Positions 26,280 to 38,049 of a stretch of 64,000 nt of DNA are shown piece by piece. The notes beneath the pieces were generated by a model. The model worked only from the letters and a program-made list of their open reading frames with translations. It did no database searches and was not told the DNA's origin. The translations under genes were made by a program, and so were the position numbers. Each line of letters opens with the position of its first letter. The first letter of the stretch is position 1. Origin of the DNA: Lama guanicoe (lineage: Eukaryota); the NCBI GenBank assembly GCA_013239625.1, contig MU053934.1, positions 3,366,399 through 3,430,398 of the forward strand. Reading direction: 5' to 3'.

Positions 26280-27600
26280 TAGAACTTAAGGTCTAAGCCG
26301 GTCTCTACCTTTCGAGGCCTCGGAGATCCGGCTTCCCGGTTCCTCAAACTCCCGCAGGGAGCGCACCCAGGTTTCAGGTCGGGGCGCCCCAAGGCCACGC
26401 GGGGAGCCAACAGGAGAGGGCTTGGGAGCCAGGGACCTGAGTCGCCTCGACCCGGCAGCCCGCAGGTTCCCCGCCTCCCCCTGCCCGGGGCAGCGGGCAA
26501 AAGCCCAACCCGGCGCCCCCGCCGCTCCCCCTCCAGCTCTTGCCGCGGCCGTTCGGTGCCCGGGACGGGGGCCCGGCCCCGCCCGCGGGCGGGAGGGGAG
26601 AGGCGGGAGGAGGGCGCGCGCCCACACCCCGCCCCCGCCCCCGGAGCCAGCTCGCGGAGCCCACGGCCAGGGCGGCGCAGACCGGCCCAGCCACTCGCCG
26701 GGGCTGCGCGCCGGGACGCTGTGCCGCCGCCGCCGCCGCCGCCGCCGCGCCCGCCCTGCACCCCCAGCTCCAGGGGCTCGCGGAGAGAAGGTAACAGCGA
26801 GCCGGCCCGGGGGTCGCCTGCCCGGGGCGGGCGTGGACGCCGGCAGGGGATCCCGGCGCCCGCGAGGACTTGGCACCCTCCTAGGCTCCCGGGGCCGGGG
26901 CAGGGGAGGGGGACCAGCCTGCCAAAGGCGCCCCGGGTGCCATCGGGCAGGGCCCGAGCGCTGGCCTCGGGAGCCGCGCGCGGGCGCTCCAAGTTTTCGG
27001 GTTGTTTTGCAATGTTCCTGGCGGGCGGAGCGGGGCAGAGAATTGGAAGGCAAAACGGATTGCGGGAGGAGGGGGCGAGCCGAGGGCCGTCTACGCTCCT
27101 TCCTGCCCTGGGAAAGGAAGGGAAGGAACGGGGAGGGGGCTATGTGTCGGAATGTCGGGCCCCTTGGCGAGGCCCGCGCGGAGAGCGGGAAGTGGGGGGA
27201 ACCGCTGGGGAGATGGACCAGGCACCCTGCCCCCTCCCCAGCCGCCGCATTCCAGGCCGGAGCAGCGGGTGAGGTCATCCCGTCCGGTTCCCCTCGAGCC
27301 AAGGCAGCCGACTGCCCCCTTCCCCGCGGAGCGACCCTCCACATTCTAACCGCATGCCTCCCAGAGGGAATGTTTTCCGGCTAAAATCTTTTCCGGACTT
27401 CCAATCCCAACTGCCCTCGAGCTTGTTCTATTCTGGCTAAGCCATTCAAGACCCGAGAAGTTTGAAGTCCATTTTCTGGACCGGGAAACTGAGGCTCAGA
27501 TTGGCGAAGGCGCTGGCTCAGAGGCCATAGCTGCAGGAAGCGCGGCGCAGGGACTGGAACCCAGGACTCGCGGAGACTCGGCCGGAAGCCAGTCAGCCTG
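26280..27600 (+). promoter_or_regulatory. CDC42EP1: CpG island / promoter of CDC42EP1; probable non-coding exon 1 ending at 26790
   Basis: Very high GC and CpG content with several GC boxes (CCCCGCCC). Candidate donor GAGAAG|GTAACA at 26790/26791. Candidate downstream acceptor (pyrimidine tract + TAG) at 31061-31063. Confidence 0.75.
26723..26746 (+). repeat. (GCC)8 trinucleotide repeat in the putative CDC42EP1 5'UTR exon
   Basis: Read directly from the sequence. Confidence 0.9.
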
Positions 27601-30600
27601 CTCAGTCAGCCTCAGTCAGAGGCTGATTTGGCGCCAGCTTGGAGTGTTGGGTCAAGAAACACCTCCCCCATACCCCCTTCCTGCCTTGTGGCCCATAGTG
27701 TGCCCTCCTACTGTCCCCGTTGGAGTCCTGAGACCAGGGTCTGCGCTGAGACTGCAGACAGCTCGCTACCCTCGAAAGAGGCCCCAGTTTCCCCTTCTTG
27801 AAGCCGCTGGACTTTGAGGGGCGTGGGAAGGTAGCCCTCAGGGAGGTAACCCCTTATTCCAGAGGCCAGAGCAGCTCTAGCCAAGACAAGGTCCCGCTGT
27901 CCTGGTCCTGGGTAGGGGTGGTGTCACCCCTTGCAAAAGGTGGCCTGTGTGCAGCGAGTGGCCTCCAGGATTCCAGGCGGTGCCGATAGCGGTCACCGCA
28001 GCCTGCAGGTAGCCCCAAGTGAGCTTTAGGTGCGGTGTCCCATCTCAGCCTTGCTTCTGCCCCGTCCCCACGAGGCGGTCAGACAGCCCTTGGCCTCCTC
28101 CAACCGCACGTGCCTGCACAGCGGCCCCTGTTGGCCTCTCCGAATGCATGGTCCCGCTTCCGGCCCCAGACTTTGTCCTTGTGGTCATTACTGCTATTGA
28201 GTAAGCTCCTACCAAGTACCCAGGCCTGACTGTTCTCTACAGGGTAAATACGAGGGCTCCTGGGACACTGAGGCTACACAGTCGCCACTCTAGCTCAGGT
28301 CACAGGCACTGAATCTGCAGAGCTGAGTCTCTTGCCTCCCAGGCCTGCCCTTTCTGTGCTCAGCCTCCCAGCATCCGCCACAAGGCCTCCAACAACTCTT
28401 CCCTGCGCCACTGTAGTCTTCACCCACTCCCCTGGCATTTCTATTGATGTTGGTAGAATCCTGAGGAGATACCCAGACACACCACTTTTTTTGCATTCTG
28501 ACCTGGGGCAAGTCAGTCCCCTTTCTGTGCCTCATTTTTTCCATCTATAAAATGGGTGTTCATGAGCATTAACACGTAGTGGGCTGGTGGGGGAGATAGG
28601 CCGTGTTCCTGGACAACCAGAGCCCTGTTTACTCCAGGGCCAGGTGGAGCATACCTGAAAACCAGCAATACCCTATGGTCAGTGCCAAGTGCCAAATAGC
28701 TGCCATCAAGTGTCCCCAGAATGATATTAGCATAAGGATGTTGGGTTTGAACCCAGCTTCAGGATCCATGGGTTTAATTATAGCATCTTCCACTCTTAAA
28801 ACTCCCCTGGGAGAGGACCAGCCTTTGGTCCTGGTCTTGTTTTCCACGTGGGAAAACAGATCCCCAGGAGCAGTGCCCTGCCCTCGGCCCCACAGCTCTG
28901 CAGGTCTCTCTACAGCAGTGGGCAGGGTGGAGATCTTTTGGAGGTGCCCAGAGGCATTTGGAGGTGAGATCACCACAAGATTGGGGCAGAAGCTGGTCTC
29001 CTAAGTCAAAGTGGCCATGGGGTTTGGGTCTGGGCCAGAACCCCTTTTGCTGAGAAAGGAGGGGCTGCTTCAAGAAGAAAGGGAGTTGGGGGCTGGGGAG
29101 ACATGGGTGTGGCAACAGAGCAGACACAGTGACCCCTTCTCGTGACATTTCAGAATGACCTCCCCCCCTGGAAAATTCATTCCTCATCTCTGCAGAGGTA
29201 CCCATGCCAGGTACCTGCCGCGTGACTTTGGCCAAGTTCCTTCTCTCCAAGCCTTGGCTCTTCCTATAAAATGGGCTTTTCGGGGCTGCTGGAGAATCAG
29301 ATGACATCATGTAATGACCAGCCAACTGCAGAGCACTTCATAACTTCAGCAAACATTCCACAAGGACGTCTCCGTGCTGGGGGTGCCAGGGAAAGAGATG
29401 ATTCAACCACCACCGCCACCCCCCCAGATGGGGAGGAGTTAGGGTTAGGGGTGGATCAGATGGTGGGAAGGGAAGAGAATGTAGTCAAGAAAACAAAGCA
29501 AGCTTTGTTTTATTGCCTTCTTTGTTTTTATCTTGTTATTTAACCTATTTTGAATTTCAAATAACATATGAAGGGCAATATTGAGATTTTTATGCTTGGA
29601 GGTGGCAGCAAAATTAAAAAAAAAAACAAAAAATGTTGGCACTCAGATCTAGGCAATCTCCTTAAGGATCATTATCAACTTTTATCAGCTGAGGTCCAGG
29701 CCTGTGGAGGTAGGTGACTTACCCAAGGTCACACTGTGAGGCCACTGAATCCTCCACCTCCCCTCACTTGGAAGGTGGCAAGAGGTAAGCCTTTGGCATA
29801 AAGTATCGCAAAGAACTCCTGTGATTAAACTCGTATTGATTTGGCACTTGCGGTGTGCAGAGCCCAAGCCGAGTGCTGGGAGGGAGGGAGGAAGCAGGGA
29901 AATGCAGGCGGCTGCCCCGCCCTCAGACTGCGTTGCTGACCTAGGGAGACAAGCCTGGGCCCCACGAGCCAGTAAGTCTATATGAGTCAGAAGCTCCGAG
30001 TTCAAGTTTCTGCTAGCTCTCTTGATGTGGTTGTGGACAAGTGTGGCCCCTCTGGGCCACCGGGAAACCAGGTGTGGGACCATAGGCTCATAGATGTCCC
30101 CCAGCCTATACTTTCTATGATGCTAGACAGGTTGGGGTCGGAACAAGAGAAGCTTAGAGAAGACTGGGACCGGGGAGGGAGTGTGGGCGAGAGATCAGGA
30201 AGGGAGGGACCAGGCAAGGAACAGCTTTTGGCACCAGCTGAGCTTTTTCTAAAACTTGTTCCCTGGTGACAAGGCCTTTTACATCAATTTGAAAAACGAT
30301 GATAATGTTCTTTCCTACGGGCCTTCTCAGAGCCTTGAATATGCTCAGGCATGTAGTAGACAGCTGGAAAAACCACTTTTGACCACAGGAGCCTTTTTCC
30401 AGGAAGCACCTTGAAGGCGAAGGGTTCTGAGGAACCTCTGCACGGCTGTTTACACAGCAGTTCACAAAGCCTTCCCTGTGCACCCCCTCCCTCCTGGCCT
30501 CTCTGACTGGAAGACAGTTTATCCCACAGAGAAGGGAGGGGACATAACTCAACCCACCAGCAGGAGGCGGTGTAGCTTGAGGCTCCTGGGCTCTGGGTTT

Positions 30601-31337
30601 AGGGGCCCTGCTTCACCGTGGCCTCCTGTGTACGCGCCGGCGAGTCTCTTCACCTCTTTTTGTGTCAGTTTCTACTAATATAGTGCCTCGCTCGGGGCTG
30701 CTGTCGGGGTGAAATGAGTGATGAATGTAAGCCATTGGCACTTAGTAGATGCTTTATCGATGGGCCTTGTATAATGACCATTCATATTTTTTACCCCTAC
30801 ACATCTGCAGCACACAGCTCTGAATTTTTTTGTGCTCCCTTGCAGTCTATACCTGTTCAAAGGCAACTGCAATTCTAATTTCTATCACTGTTATTTCTGC
30901 TCTGCCTGTTCTTAAATTGCCAGTCCATGGAGTCATGCAGCGCATCCTCTGCGGGTCTGCTCAGCATTTTGACCGTGATCCCCATCATTTGTTCTCTTTA
31001 GGTGTTATTATTTGGACCCAGGATGCCCCTAGGCTCACCCCTACTATTTTCTCTTTCTTTTAGGTCTACATTTGAGGCACTTCTCTGGTCTTGGACAGAA
31101 CGTTGACAGCTACTTCCACGGGCCTGGGAGACAGGCCTCAGGGAGAGACGAGCCATGGACCCCCCACAGCTTCAGCAATTGGGAGCAGCACCTTAGGCGA
31201 GCAGACGGGCAGCCTCAGCCCACCCCCTTCTGTGCCACGCAGGAGGGAGCTGAGAAGTGGACCCTCAGCCCAGGCCACCACCCTCTTCCCCAGGCCCCCG
31301 GTGGGCATGGGCCAGCAACTGTGAACAGCCAGAGCCA

Positions 31338-31800
31338 ATGCCGGGCCCCCAGGGGGCCGGAGGAGCCCCAGCCATGAACCTGGGCAAGCTCTCACCCGTG
31401 GGCTGGGTGTCCAGCTCGCAGGGGAAGAGGCGGCTGACTGCAGACATGATCAGCCCCCCACTGGGGGACTTCCGCCACACCATGCACGTGGGCCGTGGTG
31501 GAGATGTCTTTGGTGACACCTCCTTCCTCAGCAACCACGGTGGCAGCTCCGGGGGCACCCACCGCTCACCCCGCAGCTTCCTGGCCAAGAAGCTACAGCT
31601 GATGCGGAGGGTGGGGGCGCCGCCCCGGAGGATGGCTTCCCCACCTGCACCCTCACCTGCTCCACCCGCCATTTCCCCCATCATCAAGAACGCCATCTCT
31701 CTGCCACAGCTCAACCAGGCCGCCTATGACAGCCTCGTGGTGGGCAAGCTCAGCTTTGACCGCAGCCCTGCCAGCTCGACAGACGGCCACTCCGGTTACG
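31338..31800 (+). CDS. CDC42EP1: Cdc42 effector protein 1 (Borg5), first coding exon
   Basis: [23 protein letters not shown]..., CRIB motif [17 protein letters not shown]2 [14 protein letters not shown]. Donor G|GTGAG at 31800/31801, phase 1. Confidence 0.97.
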
Positions 31801-33112
31801 GTGAGAGCCTGGGCTGTTTGTCCGTTTTCCAGAGGGTTCGATGGGTCAGCCAAGCCTTCAAGTGAGCTCTTTTCTCCATAGTAATTTGGTCTCCGTGGAG
31901 GTCAGGCCCAAACCCCAGACCATGGATGGGGAGGGGGTCACTGGGTGAGAACCAGCTCACTCCCCAAAACACACTGAGATTGAGAGGTGAGGAGATGAGG
32001 TTTGAGTTCTGCCTGCCCCTAAGTTGCCTCCCCATCTCAGGGCCCTCGGCTGGGCCAGCCCCCCTCTTCTAGTCCCCTTCAATGGAAGCAGCCCCCTTGT
32101 GTCAGAATGATATAGTAGAGAGACTAAGAACCAGTGCTCTGGATTCAAATCCTGGTTCTGTCTGATTTCCAGTGACCTCTGTAAGGTCAAGTCCTGCCTG
32201 TATAATGGGTCTCTTAGGGTCGTTGCTAAGTTTCAGTGAGGTGATACACATATCATATGCGGCCCAGAATCTGGCACATAGTAGGTGCTCAGGGTACGAG
32301 AGCTGTTGCTGTGTTGTTATTTGAACAGAGATTCCTGTAACTTGACAAACTTGGAAAAACCACTCACGTGGACAGAAGCCAGAGGCCCTTCCTGCCAGAG
32401 TGGGGCGTGGCAAGTGCCACCTTGGCTCCTCCTCTAGACAGCTCACCTGGGAACCAGGGCCCCTGCTGCCACCTGGTGGCCATTCCCTGCACTGCGGCTT
32501 TGCCCCTCCACCAGAGGCTTCCTCCAATGCTCCATCTCCAGGGGGTGCTACCCACAACCCCCAAAGGGCTGGTCCACACTCCCCCTCACTGTGTCTCAGG
32601 CCTAGTTGTCCTGAGCCAGGTGTGTCTGCCTGTCCTTTTGGTCTGTTATTTCTATACAGTCTGATCCTAGCTGCTGGTTCCATCCCTGTGCCCACAAACC
32701 AGCCCATGTGCTGTGGCTTCACCTGCAGCCCTCAGCCACTGTCATGGCAGGGGACCAGGGGTCATGGCCAAGTTTAAAGTTGGGGCTGAGAGTCAGGAGA
32801 GTTGAGCTTCAGGCTTGGCTTCAGCCTATCAGACCCTGGCCCTGGGCAAGCCCTTCCCCTCATCCCAAACTGAGTCTCACTTTCTTCATTTGCGAAATGG
32901 GAATGAGAATTATGTCAATTTCCAGGGTTGACAGGAGGATCACACATGAGAGGACGGGGTTCACCATATTGGAAAAATGGGAGAAACCGAGGCCAGAGCA
33001 GGGAGTGGCTTACTAAAGGCCGCATCGCAAGCTGGGATTGGTCCTGGCTCTCCCTTCCCCAATTCCTGGTTTGGGACCCCAGCCATGACCCTGGTCCCTG
33101 TTTCTCTTCTAG

Positions 33113-33735
33113 GCCTGGACTCTGGTTTCTGCACCATCTCCCGCCTGCCTCGCCCAGAAAAGCCCCGTGACCGAGACCGTGATAGCACCTTCCCCTCTGA
33201 GCCTGAGCTTCGCCGCTCTGACTCCCTCCAGTCCTTCCGCCTGGACCTCGACCTTGGGCCCTCTCTCCTCAGTGAGCTGCTGGGGGTCATGAGCCTCTCA
33301 GAAGCCTCTGCAGCTGAGACCCCAGCCCCAGCCTCTGCTGCAAATCCCCCAGCCCCTATTCCAAGCCCCCCCCCCCCTGCCTCAAGCCCCCTACCCCCTG
33401 GACACTGCCCCAATGGGGTAACCGCTGGGTCAGGCCCAGTGGCTGAGGCGACAGCCAGCCCGCTGGGAGAACGTCCCTGTGCACCTGCTGACATAGTCCC
33501 TGGCAGGCGCTGGGGAGCAGGCTGGGGTGGCAGCCAAAGCAGCCGCCACTACAGTGAGATGGATGCTCGGCGGGAGCCGGTGGGGATGCTGCCCCAGTCT
33601 CGGGCCTCTTGGGAGAGCCTAGATGAAGAGTGGGGGACAGCCCAGGCAGGCAGCAGGGCCTCCGTGCCCAGCACGGTGCAAGCCAACACCTTCGAGTTTG
33701 CTGATGCTGAGGAGGATGATGAGGTCAAGGTGTGA
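33113..33735 (+). CDS. CDC42EP1: Cdc42 effector protein 1 (Borg5), last coding exon; total CDS 1086 nt, 361 aa
   Basis: Acceptor TTCTAG|GC restores phase (YGLDSGFCTISRLPR). BD3 LDLGPSLLSELLGVM. C-terminus ANTFEFADAEEDDEVKV*. Confidence 0.97.
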
Positions 33736-34343
33736 GTGGCTGGGCATGGTCCCAGGACCCTTCCCAGCCTCGGGACACTGCCTAAGAACAGCCCAGGTGC
33801 AGAGCCAGCCCCTCACCTGACAGCTGGGTCCTGCCGACAACAGGCAGGAGAACCCAAGTTGTCCCCAGACCCCTCCACACCTCTGCAGGACAGACATGGG
33901 AGGGAGGCCAGAGACCAGGCTTGTTCTGGGACCCCGGGGTTCCCATGAGCCCTGCAGGACTGATCTGCCTCCCCCCACTGCCATTCTGGACCCAGTGGCC
34001 ATTCCTTGGCACCCCACCTCCGTGCCACCCCCACCGGCTGGAGGGCCTGGCCTCACAGTGCAGCCTTTGTGCTGGGAGAGCTGCCCTTGCTGGGTGGGGG
34101 TGGGGAGCACACCACATAGAGCCTTTGTCTCCTCTCCCAGAGGGACCACCTGCCCCAGCTCATCCTGGAGCTGCCCTCAGCAGGGTCCCCACTGCCTCCC
34201 CAAGACCCCAGCCCTCCTAAGGCTGCTTCCCAGCATTCCCACCGCCATCCCCTCTTGTCCCAGAAGCCTCTGAGGAAACTCAGGTGTGACCTCGGGGAAG
34301 GAGGGCACTCCCATATTCCTGTGCAACCTGCCTCTGGGTCCTG

Positions 34344-34349
34344 ATTAAA
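34344..34349 (+). terminator. CDC42EP1: Probable CDC42EP1 poly(A) signal (ATTAAA)
   Basis: First ATTAAA/AATAAA after the stop, ~610 nt downstream, followed by TTGTTTG. A second ATTAAA lies at ~34773. Confidence 0.65.
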
Positions 34350-34995
34350 AAAGGCTTGTTTGATAAAAGATGTCCTGCAAAATGCTTGAGGACCTGGGAA
34401 ACCAGCATCACCGCCACCTGCTTGAATACCCTCAGCACTGGGTTTGGAAAGTCAAGGACTCTCCCACAGGGCCCCCAGTCAGGGGAGAGGCTGAGGCTGG
34501 GGGTAATGAGTAACCAGGCTGGAATGAATATTCCTGTGATAAGAGGCCCAGGTGGGAGCCCTTATCTGCAGTTCCGGGCACAGCCCCTGGCCCAGGTGCC
34601 GGGAACCATAATCCCACAGGGCAGCTTGGCACTTGCCCCAGTGACAAAAGGAGACGGGCAGGCAGAAGTGGTGGCTTAGAGGTGTTCAGGAGCACGTCCC
34701 ATCCCCCACTTGGCGGTCCTGTGACCTTGTGTCTCCCGGTTTCCCCGTCAGTATCAGGAGGGTGCTGGGAGCATTAAAATAGTGGAAAACAGCAGATGCT
34801 ACCACAGGAAGACTGTAAAGGTGGATTCTTTTGTTTGTTCTTAGCCTTGGGGGGGAACCGGTGGGGGCGGGGCTGGGAGCTGCAGGTGGGAAGCCGTGCC
34901 CCTAGGGCTGCTGGTCTTGAGTGAAGGTGAGGGGGGGTGAAGCTCGGGCTAGGGAATCGGGCGCCAGGGTCTTGTGTACTGGCAAGGGGCTGCCC

Positions 34996-35142
34996 TCATT
35001 CTAACTTGAACGAGGAGATGGTGAACCCGCCTTGAACGCTCAGGTAGCTCAGGTGGCTGTGGCCCAGCCTGTTGGGAAAGGTCAGCTCGTGTCCGTCTGG
35101 CAGCTTCACCTTGAATTTGTTGTCCTCAAAGGTCACGATGAT
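34996..35142 (-). CDS. LGALS2: Galectin-2 exon 4
   Basis: CAG|ATC acceptor; [48 protein letters not shown]. Confidence 0.96.
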   Translation of the reverse strand: MIVTFEDNKFKVKLPDGHELTFPNRLGHSHLSYLSVQGGFTISSFKLE

Positions 35143-35302
35143 CTGCGTGTGGTGGGAGGGAGGGTGTCAGGGAGGCAGGAGGCACCCTGGGAACAGGCCA
35201 GGGCGGTGCCTGGTGGCTCCCAACAGTCCTGGCCCGTATAGAGGCCAGGGTGCCCCACCATCCTTGATAGCCTCCTCAGGCCCCTTCCCCCTTTGGCCTC
35301 AC

Positions 35303-35459
35303 CTTGACCACTGACCCTTGGCTGAAGCACATGTGATCATCTCGTTGCTCCTGTCCCCAGCTGCCATCCCGTGAGTTGCAGACAATGGTGGATTCGCCAA
35401 AGCGTGGGTTGAAATGCAGGTTCAGTTTATCTGTCCCTTGGCCCAGATTAATCACAAAG
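35303..35459 (-). CDS. LGALS2: Galectin-2 exon 3 (carbohydrate-recognition core)
   Basis: [52 protein letters not shown] contains the galectin H-N-R..N..W..E-R motif. Boundaries CAG| and |GTGAG. Confidence 0.97.
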
Positions 35460-36646
35460 CTGCAGGGGAAGTGGTAGCAGGTGAGAATAAGGGGGCAGCC
35501 CTGGGTAAAACAGCTTGGGTCGCAGGATCTTGGTTGACCACAAGCTGGACAAATCACCAATGATTGTGTTAATAGAGGTTTGTGCCTTAAAACAAGGGAG
35601 GTGACAACTTGATCATACTTGGCACTGGAGCATCACATTCCACTTAAAGAGTACAGAAGCTCTTGACAGATGGGTAATTAATAGTGACATTTTAGAAATT
35701 GAGAGTATCTGTCCTGGTGAAGGGAGGAGAATTGCTGTTCTTAGCCATCTGAAGACCTATTCAGTTTAGCCATAAAAAAGTTGTACACCTAAAGGGATGA
35801 GCTCCCTGTCATTTGAGGTATATGCAATCAGGGGTTGTGTGATCTCTTGGGAGGATCACTACAGGGGTCTGGATTAGATCTTCAGGGTCCCTGAGAGGGG
35901 GGCATTCTGAGTCATAGGGTGCCTTCATTGGGAGGTCTCAGACCAGAGGTATCCCACATTGCTGTCACCTTGAAGGACCCAAGTCAGAGAAAGGGTAACT
36001 TTCCTCTTGGCTCCTACCCGATGCATCTGCCTGCCTCTCCCAACCAAAAGTTGATGGAGATCAGTCCCAAGAAATGTGGAGGCTTTGTTCGGCACACAGG
36101 AGAGCCCACTGCTGAGCTGCAACACCCAAGGTGGAGAAAAGCATCTGATTCTAATGGAGAGGATGCAATGCAAACAGGACCACTTGGCGCCCCCTAGCGG
36201 TTGTCCCTGGTTTAATGTGTGTGAAAGGCCAGCCTCTGACCATCAGCTGGGTCAAAAGGGTGGTGTCCCTAGTGGTTTGCGCCTTCAGTAGAGGCACCCA
36301 ACTCACAGAGGACTGGGCAGAGTGGTGAGGTTTCTCCACTTGCCCCTTCACTCTCTATCAGGGCCAAGGAATTGAGTATATGGTGTCCGCTGTGGATTCT
36401 GCAGGTCTGCAAACCTAGCCTCAGATGTGAAGGCAGGCCCTAACAGAGGAGCCAGCAGGGGTGTGGGAGGGGCGTGAGAGCAAGCAAGAACATACAATAG
36501 GTCCCCTCAGAGTGGTCTGAGGTCACTGTCATCGTCTGACCATTTCACAAGGCTGCCCTGCCTGCCCCACATCCCCAGCCTAGTTCCAAGTCTTTGGGCA
36601 GTCCCCCCGCCCCACCCCCACCCTACCTGCCCTCTTGCTTGCCCAC

Positions 36647-36729
36647 CTATCAGCATCATCGGCGATCTTGCCCTTGATCTTCAGGGTTGACCCCACCTTC
36701 ATGTCCATGTTCATGATCTCAAATTTCTC
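36647..36729 (-). CDS. LGALS2: Galectin-2 exon 2 (83 nt)
   Basis: EKFEIMNMDMKVGSTLKIKGKIADDAD; boundaries CAG| and AG|GTGGG; phase is consistent with exon 3. Confidence 0.95.
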
Positions 36730-37976
36730 CTGCACAAACAGAGAAACGTACCACAAAAATCCATCACACGTGTGCCCAGCGCTCTTCTACTGGTGAAGCC
36801 CATTCAGGAGCCTCAGCCCATCCTGATCTGGCCACAGGCTCACTCTCCCTCTCCCCCCGTGAAGGCACTAGGCTGGGAAGGGAAGAGCCAGAGTGCTTGG
36901 ATCAAAGCTTCCCAGAGCCCCCACCCGCCCCTGGCCCATTTGGCTCCACTCTTATCCACGCCAGCCTGACAAGAATAGCTGGATCTGGAGACACAGGGTC
37001 CAGCTGAGGGAACCTCAATTTGCCCATCTATGAAATGGATAGAGTGGTCCCCACTGACCTCACTGTCCCCAAACGTGTTCAAGTGATGAGGTGCGGTGCC
37101 CTCAGCAGAATCCCCCAAACAAGGACACACTTAGTTCTTGCACAAATTTGGAGTCATTTTACTGACAGCAAATGACTTGTATCACAGGGAGGCAAAGCTG
37201 GGGTAGGGGTGGGGGCAGATAGTGGTCAGGGTCTAGTGCCGGCTCTGCCCCTAACTGGCCAAGTGACTAGGAGCCGGCTGTGCCCCTTTCTGGACCTCAG
37301 CTCCCCACTCTTTAATATAAGAGATTTGCACTATGTGGTCTCTGAAGAAGGAGGAAAGAAAGGGAATGGGTGAGACAATCAAGGGAAGGAGAAAGTCAGG
37401 CAAGTCTCTGAGCACAATGGTCCTCCCTGCGAGGCAGACATGGGGGGAGCACTGTGCCCCCCACGCTGGACCCTCTCTTCCCCTCCACGCCCTGCACCCC
37501 ACCTCTGCTGACTTGAATGGTGTCTCCCAAAAAAGCCATGACTTGCCCAAGGCCACACAGCAGGCTATGGCAGAGCAGGGTTTAGAATCAAAGAATCAGG
37601 GAGGGACCTCAAAAAACATCCACTCAACTCCCTACCGTTTACAGAGTGTGATCATGAGCAATTTAATCTTCCAGCCTCAGTTTCTTTATCTTCATAAAGC
37701 TCAGTAGACATTAGCAGTTGTTACTATTACTGCTATTAATATTACTGATGAGAAAACTGAGGCTAGAGGGGGAAAGAGGCTCAGAACAATGGTAGGGGGA
37801 GCAGAGAACCTCGATGCTGAAAGGCTATGGAGATGGTATTTCCAACATCCACACAACAGGGGAAACAGAGGCTGGGAGGGGCAGGGATGCTTTCCCCCAG
37901 CACCCACCCCACCCCGACTCAGGGGAAGACGTGAAGGGATGGAGGAGGTGGGCAATACAGAGTCCAGCATCCTCAC

Positions 37977-37982
37977 CGACAT
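37977..37982 (-). CDS. LGALS2: Galectin-2 exon 1 coding part (ATG TCG); total protein 130 aa
   Basis: Minus strand reads GCCACC-ATG-TCG|GTGAGG (Kozak + donor), giving MSEKFE... A TATA-like box lies ~75 nt upstream. Confidence 0.88.
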
Positions 37983-38049
37983 GGTGGCAGCTCCTGGAAG
38001 CAGCTCTCGGTGACTCCTGGAGGGCTGGGCTCAGGGTCTCATGTCACAG

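Noticed and set aside
26042..27384. Long overlapping ORFs (316, 352, 320 and 238 aa) on both strands
   Set aside because: Stop-codon depletion in a very GC-rich CpG island; low-complexity R/P/G/A translations with no recognisable domain.
31257..31337. N-terminal extension of CDC42EP1 in the ORF track (and 32977-33112 for the last exon)
   Set aside because: Starts at a non-ATG codon or lies in the intron; the recognisable protein begins at 31338 and resumes at the 33113 acceptor.
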